A stretch of 64,000 bases of DNA, taken from Nitrospiria bacterium (GTDB taxonomy: Bacteria > Nitrospirota > Nitrospiria > DASWJH01). The notes under the pieces are model-generated. The model had not been told where the DNA came from and ran no database searches. It worked only from the letters and a program-made list of their open reading frames with translations. The position numbers and the translations under genes were made by a program. Of this stretch, positions 58,205 to 64,000 are shown in pieces; positions within the stretch are counted from its first letter, which is position 1, and each line of letters begins with the position of its first letter. The stretch lies in contig DASWJH010000048.1 of the NCBI GenBank assembly GCA_036397255.1, positions 4,172 through 68,171 of the forward strand, read 5' to 3'.

Positions 58205-58617
58205 ATGATTCCTCTTTCATTAAATGGTCTAGGAGAATAGATTAAATAATTTTTCCTCCTATATTTAATAGTTAGCTTTTAGGTGCAAGGATTGTACCAA
58301 TTAATTAAACTTCCCAATACTAATTAAATTGCAATAAAACTAATAAGTTATAACTTTTTTTCTGTTAATTTATTTTCTTGGGATGTGAAATGAAAAAAGT
58401 AAAGGAAAAAAAATTACATAAAGTGTAAATTTTATACTATTTATGTCTAAATTTTACCTATTTTAAGAAATTAATTAACCATGAACAAAAAATAAAGGAA
58501 TTAAATAACCTAAAAATCAAACCTTGTTTCCCTTTTATGAAAAACACACCCTTCTAGGCAAAATATAATAATTGGGTTATACTTTAAACCAACTTAACCC
58601 AAAAACCTTCGTAAATC
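58205..58617. promoter_or_regulatory. 413-nt AT-rich divergent intergenic region carrying promoters for the sigma-54 regulator/EPS cluster (minus) and the REC-GGDEF gene (plus)
   Basis: It is the longest non-coding region in the window and is about 25% GC. It is flanked by divergently transcribed regulatory genes. No individual motif is confidently assigned. Confidence 0.4.
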
Positions 58618-59550
58618 ATGGAAAAAACCTTATTAGTCGTTGAAGATTCCTCATCGATTAGGGAATCTATCGTAAACTCATTAAAATCATGCTCCTTTTT
58701 CTCCCTGATTCTAGAAGCCGAAAATGGGATCAACGCACTTGAAATCCTATTACGAGACGAAATTCATTTTGTCATTTCTGATGTGGTTATGCCCCAAATG
58801 GATGGCTATAAACTTCTATCCTTAATTAGGAATCATGAAAAGTACCTAGACCTACCGTTTATTCTTTTAACTAGCGAAAAGGATTCAAGATCAAAAATCA
58901 AAGGAATTTCAATGGGAGCCAGCGATTATTTGACCAAACCTTTTGATCAAAGTGAACTTTTGGCAAGGGTTAAAAATTTATTGAAAACGAAGGGGATGCA
59001 GGAAGAATTAAAGGAAAAAAACCAAGAGCTTGAAAAGTTGAATCAAAAATTAAAAGAACTATCGGTAACAGATCATCTGACCAAACTTTATAATCGACGT
59101 TATTTCAATGAAAGACTATCCATAGAACTGCAACGGGCTCAAAGGTTCCAGCTTCCCCTAGCATGTCTATTATTGGATATTGACCACTTTAAAACCATTA
59201 ATGACACCTTTGGCCACCAAAACGGGGACCAGGTTTTACAAGAAGTTGCTCACATGTTAAAATCCTTATGCCGTTCCCATGATGTTGCAGCCCGGTTTGG
59301 GGGAGAGGAATTTATTTTATTTTTGTGTCAAACCCACAAGGAAGAAGCTCTTAAATTTGCAGAAGGTTTACGATGTGACATTGAATCTTTTCCTTTTTTA
59401 GAAAGAATGGAAAACACTATTTCCATAACCGTCAGCATTGGGGTTTCCGGGTTTCCTCATCCGAAAATTCAAAACTTTCAGGATATGATTCGATGCGCTG
59501 ATGAAGCCCTCTATGCGGCAAAACGGGCGGGACGTAATAAGGTCATATGA
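58618..59550 (+). CDS. response-regulator diguanylate cyclase (REC plus GGDEF; PleD/WspR-like)
   Basis: The receiver is LLVVEDSS...FVISDVVMPQMDGY...KP. The GGDEF domain has DHLTKLYNRRYF, an RSHD I-site and RFGGEEF (intact GGEEF). Confidence 0.85.
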   Translation: MEKTLLVVEDSSSIRESIVNSLKSCSFFSLILEAENGINALEILLRDEIHFVISDVVMPQMDGYKLLSLIRNHEKYLDLPFILLTSEKDSRSKIKGISMGASDYLTKPFDQSELLARVKNLLKTKGMQEELKEKNQELEKLNQKLKELSVTDHLTKLYNRRYFNERLSIELQRAQRFQLPLACLLLDIDHFKTINDTFGHQNGDQVLQEVAHMLKSLCRSHDVAARFGGEEFILFLCQTHKEEALKFAEGLRCDIESFPFLERMENTISITVSIGVSGFPHPKIQNFQDMIRCADEALYAAKRAGRNKVI

Positions 59551-59561
59551 AGAAAGGCCAA

Positions 59562-60971
59562 CTAAAATAAATCCAGTTGGTTATTTTCCCGAGTGATTGG
59601 GATGGGATAGTTTTCTGTAAAACAGGCTGTACAAAATCCAATTTTGGAACCACCAGCTGCTTTGAGCAAACCCTCTACACTTAAATATTCAAGGGTATCT
59701 GCGGTGATAAAATCACGTATTTTTTCTACCGCTTGAGAGGAAGCGATCAATTCTCCTTTTCGCGGGGTATCAATTCCGTAAAAACAAGGGGAAACAATAG
59801 GGGGCGAACTGATCCTGACGTGAACTTCTTTCGCTCCCGCATTCCGAATCATTTTAATAATTTTCCTGGCGGTGGTACCCCGGACAATGGAATCGTCCAC
59901 AACCACCACCCGCTGCCCTTCAATAACACTTCTCACTGCATTTAATTTCAATTTTACCCCAAAATGGCGGATAGATTGTTGGGGCTCAATAAAGGTCCTT
60001 CCTACATAATGACTTCGAATTAACCCCATTTCATAAGGAAGATTGGCTCCTTCCGCAAAACCAAGAGCGGCCTGAACACCCGAATCCGGTACCGCAATAA
60101 CCAAATCGGCATTCACGTTTTTTTCCATGGCTAATTGTTTTCCCAGCTGTTTTCGAATGTTGTGGACACTTTGCCCGTAAACAATACTGTCCGGTCTGGA
60201 AAAATAAACATATTCAAATACACATGACGCCTGTTTTGAAGGGGAAAAAGGATTCAAAGAAGAAATTCCGTCACGATTAATTAAGACGAGTTCCCCAGGT
60301 TCGATATCCCGGACAAAATCTGCTTCAATTAAATCAAAAGAACAGGTCTCGGATGAAACCACATATGCGTCCTTTAGGCGTCCTAAAGAAAGAGGTCGAA
60401 AACCATGGGGATCACGAACCGCAATCAAACCCTCATCGGATAGGAAAAGAAGTGAAAACGCTCCACGAACCTGCCTTAAGGCATCAATCACTCTCCCTAA
60501 TAGAGCCTTTTCCTTTGAGTGCGCCACCAAATGCATAATGACTTCTGTGTCAACTGTGGTATGAAAAATCGAACCATACGCCTCAAGTTCATCCCGAAGG
60601 ACTCCCCCATTAATCAAATTCCCATTGTGGGCAATGGCCAGGGTTCCTAAGGCATAATTCATGACCAGGGGCTGTGCATTTTTTAAAAAACTTTCTCCTG
60701 TGGTAGAATACCGGTTGTGGCCAACAGCCATATACCCCATGAGCTTTCGCAATTTGGACTCAGAAAAAACTTCTGAAACCAAACCCATTCCCTTCTCTTG
60801 GTAAAATTCTTTGCCATCAAAAGAAACAATCCCGGCGCTTTCTTGTCCACGGTGTTGGAGGGCATGAATTCCTAAATAGGTAAGATGTGCGGCTTCAGGA
60901 TGTCCGTAGATCCCAAAAACACCACATTCCTCTTTGAATTTATCAAACATATGAGGCCCCTCCCTGATCAA
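59562..60971 (-). CDS. purF: amidophosphoribosyltransferase
   Basis: [10 protein letters not shown] is the Ntn Cys after a short propeptide. The PRTase motif is [14 protein letters not shown] 4Fe-4S Cys pattern ([13 protein letters not shown]) is present. Confidence 0.9.
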   Translation of the reverse strand: MIREGPHMFDKFKEECGVFGIYGHPEAAHLTYLGIHALQHRGQESAGIVSFDGKEFYQEKGMGLVSEVFSESKLRKLMGYMAVGHNRYSTTGESFLKNAQPLVMNYALGTLAIAHNGNLINGGVLRDELEAYGSIFHTTVDTEVIMHLVAHSKEKALLGRVIDALRQVRGAFSLLFLSDEGLIAVRDPHGFRPLSLGRLKDAYVVSSETCSFDLIEADFVRDIEPGELVLINRDGISSLNPFSPSKQASCVFEYVYFSRPDSIVYGQSVHNIRKQLGKQLAMEKNVNADLVIAVPDSGVQAALGFAEGANLPYEMGLIRSHYVGRTFIEPQQSIRHFGVKLKLNAVRSVIEGQRVVVVDDSIVRGTTARKIIKMIRNAGAKEVHVRISSPPIVSPCFYGIDTPRKGELIASSQAVEKIRDFITADTLEYLSVEGLLKAAGGSKIGFCTACFTENYPIPITRENNQLDLF

Positions 60972-63198
60972 GCAATAGAGGGATGGCCCCTTCCCATATT
61001 TCCCTCAAACTATTAACCCTTTGGGAAATAACAGGGGAAGGGATTTTTTTTCTACTTTTCTCATACACGGTTAAACGGTCTCCACCTACACGACCCAAAA
61101 TCTGCCATGGCACCCCTTCTGAGTTTGCGAGGTTTTTTAAGGGTTCAAGGTTTTTCTCAGAAAGACTAACGATAATTCGGGACTGCGTTTCACCAAATAA
61201 CAAAGCATCTAGCCGTATTCCACTGGCTTCTAAATTAATTTCCGCCCCTAATAAATGTCCCGGTGAAAGGAAACAACTCTCCGCCAGTGCAACCATTAAT
61301 CCCCCCTCTGAGCAATCTTGAGCCGATGAAAGCAAACGATTTTGAATGGCCTTGAAACAAACCCGCTGCACCCTTTCCTCTAAGGAAAGATTCAAGGAAG
61401 GGGGAAGGCCTTTCTCCTGATGCATAACAAGGTGCAGATATTCGGTCCCGCCCAACTCCTCCAATGTTTTCCCTAAAAGAAGTATTAGGTCTCCCTCATT
61501 CTTAAACCAGGGGGTGGTAAAAAGTGAAACATCCTCCATCAGCCCGACTAATCCAATCACCGGAGTGGGATATATTCCTACTCCTTGGGTTTCATTATAG
61601 AAGCTTACGTTGCCGCTCACAACCGGAATTTTGAATTGCCGTGCGGTTTCCGAAATCCCTTCAACCGCCAAAGCAAACTGCCACATTACTTCTAACCGCT
61701 CTGGATTTCCAAAATTCAAACAATTTGTTAAAGCAAGGGGACGGGCTCCGACACACACCACATTTCGGGCCGCTTCTGCAACAATAATTTGCCCACCTAA
61801 ATAGGGATTTAATAAACAATAACGGCTATTTCCATCAACGGTTAAGGCCAATCCCTTTTGGGTTCCCTTTACCCGTATGACTGAGGCCCCTCCTCCTGGT
61901 AAAACCACGGTATTGGTTCTCACCATGTGGTCATACTGTTCATATACCCACCGCTTGCTGGCTAAAGAAGGGGAACCAATCAGTTTTAAAAGGATTTCGT
62001 TGAAATCATCTGGTTCTTTCAAAACTTCTAGATTCAAAGCCTGAAGTTGATCCAAAAAAGGAGGGGGAGCCAAAGGGCGTTCAAGGACGGGGGCATCATC
62101 AATTAAACCGTGAATCGGAATATCCGCTACCTTTCGATCGCCCTCCATCACATATATCCGTTTTTCAGCTATGACCTCCCCAATCACCACCGCCTCCAGG
62201 TCCCATTTTCCGAGAATATTCTCGACTTCTTTTGTTTTCCCACTTTTTACAACCAAAAGCATTCTTTCCTGTGATTCTGATAGCATAACTTCATAAGGGG
62301 TCATTCCTTCTTCACGTTTCGGGACAAGGGAAACATCCAATCGAACTCCGTTATCCGATCGCCCCGCCATTTCAATGCTTGAGCTGGTTAACCCAGCAGC
62401 ACCCATGTCCTGTATCCCAACCAATAATTTTTTTTCTATAAGGTCCAAACAGGCCTCTAAAAGGAGTTTCTCAGTAAAGGGATCCCCAATTTGGACCATG
62501 GGTTTTTTTTGATTGGACTGGGACCCAAATGACTCTGAAGCCATGGTGGCCCCATGTATTCCATCTCTTCCCGTTTTTGACCCTACATACATTATAGGGT
62601 TACCAATCCCATCCGCTCTTCCCCGAATAATATTGCCTTTCCTTGCAATTCCCAAACAAAAGACATTTACCAAATTATTTTTTGAATAGATCTCGTTGAA
62701 ATAAATTTCTCCTCCCACCGTGGGAACTCCAATGCAATTTCCATAACTGGCAATTCCACTAACAACACCATTAAAAAGATATCGGTTTTTAGGTAATTCC
62801 AAGGGACCAAAACGAAGGGAATTCAATAAGGCAATTGGCCTGGCCCCCATGGTAAAAATATCGCGAAGAATTCCCCCAACCCCGGTTGCCGCCCCTTGAA
62901 ACGGTTCAATAAAAGAGGGATGATTATGACTTTCAATTTTAAAGACAGCCACCCAATCATCCCCAATATCCACCACTCCGGCATTTTCCCCTGGACCCTG
63001 AATTACACAATCACCTTGAGTTGGAAATTTTTTTAAAAAACGCTTAGAACTTTTATAACTACAATGTTCACTCCACATCACTGAAAAAATGCCCAGCTCT
63101 ACGGGATTAGGCTCTCTGCTTAAAATTTCACAAATTTTCAAATATTCCTCTTCGGTCAGCCCCATTTGTTTAATTAAATCTTCACGAACCTTGTTCAT
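60943..63198 (-). CDS. purL: phosphoribosylformylglycinamidine synthase subunit PurL
   Basis: It is 751 aa, with N-terminal MNKVREDL...HCSYKSS and duplicated AIR-synthase-related domains (ESHNHPS, GGAAT). Confidence 0.9.
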   Translation of the reverse strand: MNKVREDLIKQMGLTEEEYLKICEILSREPNPVELGIFSVMWSEHCSYKSSKRFLKKFPTQGDCVIQGPGENAGVVDIGDDWVAVFKIESHNHPSFIEPFQGAATGVGGILRDIFTMGARPIALLNSLRFGPLELPKNRYLFNGVVSGIASYGNCIGVPTVGGEIYFNEIYSKNNLVNVFCLGIARKGNIIRGRADGIGNPIMYVGSKTGRDGIHGATMASESFGSQSNQKKPMVQIGDPFTEKLLLEACLDLIEKKLLVGIQDMGAAGLTSSSIEMAGRSDNGVRLDVSLVPKREEGMTPYEVMLSESQERMLLVVKSGKTKEVENILGKWDLEAVVIGEVIAEKRIYVMEGDRKVADIPIHGLIDDAPVLERPLAPPPFLDQLQALNLEVLKEPDDFNEILLKLIGSPSLASKRWVYEQYDHMVRTNTVVLPGGGASVIRVKGTQKGLALTVDGNSRYCLLNPYLGGQIIVAEAARNVVCVGARPLALTNCLNFGNPERLEVMWQFALAVEGISETARQFKIPVVSGNVSFYNETQGVGIYPTPVIGLVGLMEDVSLFTTPWFKNEGDLILLLGKTLEELGGTEYLHLVMHQEKGLPPSLNLSLEERVQRVCFKAIQNRLLSSAQDCSEGGLMVALAESCFLSPGHLLGAEINLEASGIRLDALLFGETQSRIIVSLSEKNLEPLKNLANSEGVPWQILGRVGGDRLTVYEKSRKKIPSPVISQRVNSLREIWEGAIPLLLDQGGASYV

Positions 63199-63202
63199 CG
63201 AA

Positions 63203-63895
63203 TTAGGAAATCCTCGAATGAATTAATGAATCAAAAATGACTCGGCCATCCACTTGTTGAAACAGAGGATCACACGCCCTTTCAGGGTGGGGCATTAAAC
63301 CCAAGACATTTCCCTCCTTATTACAAATTCCGGCAATATGGTGAAGGGAACCGTTAGGGTTACTGGGTTCAGACAATTTTCCTTCGGCATTACAATATCG
63401 AAAAACAATTTGGTGGTTCTTTTCCATTTCTTTCAAGGTTTTGGAATCGACAAAATAGTTCCCATCCGCATGGGCAATGGGAAGTTTTAAGATATCATTT
63501 TCCTGGTTAGACCGGGTAAAAGGAATTCGGTTATTTTCAACCTTTAAAAAAACATCCTTACACACAAATTTCAAGGATTGATTCCTGAGCATAACCCCGG
63601 GCAAAATTCCTGATTCAAGAAGGATTTGAAAACCATTACAAATCCCCAAAACCAGCCCCCCTTGTTTAACATATTTTTCAAGAGCCTTCATTACCGGGGA
63701 AAACCTCGCAATTGCACCACAACGCAAATAATCCCCATAAGAAAATCCACCGGGGATAATCATCACATCAAAAGAAGAAAGCGAGGTTTCCTTATGCCAA
63801 ACAAACTCCACATTTTGGGAAAAAAGGTTTTTTACCACCCAATAACAATCATGATCACAGTTTGAACCGGGAAAATTAAGAATTCCAAAGCGCAA
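63203..63895 (-). CDS. purQ: phosphoribosylformylglycinamidine synthase subunit PurQ (glutamine amidotransferase)
   Basis: [17 protein letters not shown]...GICNGFQIL is the class I GATase Cys. HPE is in the C-terminal half. Confidence 0.9.
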   Translation of the reverse strand: MRFGILNFPGSNCDHDCYWVVKNLFSQNVEFVWHKETSLSSFDVMIIPGGFSYGDYLRCGAIARFSPVMKALEKYVKQGGLVLGICNGFQILLESGILPGVMLRNQSLKFVCKDVFLKVENNRIPFTRSNQENDILKLPIAHADGNYFVDSKTLKEMEKNHQIVFRYCNAEGKLSEPSNPNGSLHHIAGICNKEGNVLGLMPHPERACDPLFQQVDGRVIFDSLIHSRIS

Positions 63896-64000
63896 AATAC
63901 ATCTCCTTCAAAAAATCCATTTTATACTATATTGGGCTTTAAATGGGAATGGATTCGCCTAAAACAGGTTATTAAACGGGAAAATTTCTCTGACTAGAGT

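Noticed and set aside
1-64000. CRISPR arrays, tRNA/rRNA genes, transposases/integrases
   Set aside because: I found no run of regularly spaced direct repeats, no cloverleaf-compatible segments in the few intergenic gaps, and no DDE/tyrosine-recombinase-like translations. The locus therefore shows no obvious mobile-element hallmarks in this window.

Overview
This 64-kb window has moderate-to-low GC and very high gene density. Almost all of it, from about 1977 to 58204, is one contiguous minus-strand run of about 47 genes that together form a very large exopolysaccharide (EPS) biosynthesis and export locus of the exosortase/PEP-CTERM type. Reading 5'->3' on the minus strand (high to low coordinates), the locus runs as follows. 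It opens with a sigma-54 response regulator (PrsR-like), a stand-alone degenerate GGDEF protein, a Wza-like export lipoprotein, an outer-membrane beta-barrel, a chain-length determinant, a BY-kinase with a C-terminal Tyr cluster and a polyprenyl-phosphate sugar transferase. Next come a nucleotide-sugar dehydrogenase, an internal NusG/UpxY-like antiterminator, CysD plus a CysN-like sulfate-activation pair, an alkaline-phosphatase-family nucleotide pyrophosphatase (NPP), a UDP-GlcNAc 2-epimerase, a deacetylase, a GlpD-like FAD oxidoreductase, an SDR epimerase, a methyltransferase, a GT4 and a carbamoyltransferase. Then an AsnB-like amidotransferase, a GMC oxidoreductase with a Tat-signal small subunit, a flippase-like membrane protein, a sulfotransferase, a GT4, a TM-LamG-VanZ protein and two GT2 enzymes. 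Then a kinase-fold phosphotransferase, a deacetylase, a FemAB-like protein, an ATP-grasp::LMW-PTP fusion, a GT4, a sulfatase-like protein, an ArnT-like GT-C, Wzx, a Wzy/ligase-like protein, a methyltransferase, a sulfatase-like protein and a GT4. The run ends with an unknown repeat protein, a NodB-type deacetylase, a GT4, an exosortase (ACSG motif), EpsI, a GT2 and a sugar N-formyltransferase-like protein. The only plus-strand genes are a secreted parallel beta-helix protein at the left edge (following a partial gene that ends in an FN3-like motif) and a divergent REC-GGDEF diguanylate cyclase at 58618. The right edge is housekeeping purF-purL-purQ. I found no rRNA, tRNA, CRISPR array or recognisable transposase. 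The points most worth follow-up are the sulfation module (sulfotransferase plus CysDN but no APS kinase, and two sulfatase-like proteins), an unusual ATP-grasp::tyrosine-phosphatase fusion sitting beside the BY-kinase system, a c-di-GMP/sigma-54 regulatory node whose receiver domain seems to lack the phospho-acceptor Asp, and an unusually dense set of polymer-decorating enzymes. All protein assignments rest on motifs I can read directly in the supplied translations. No database search was run, so family names are the nearest known family I can recognise rather than confirmed hits.
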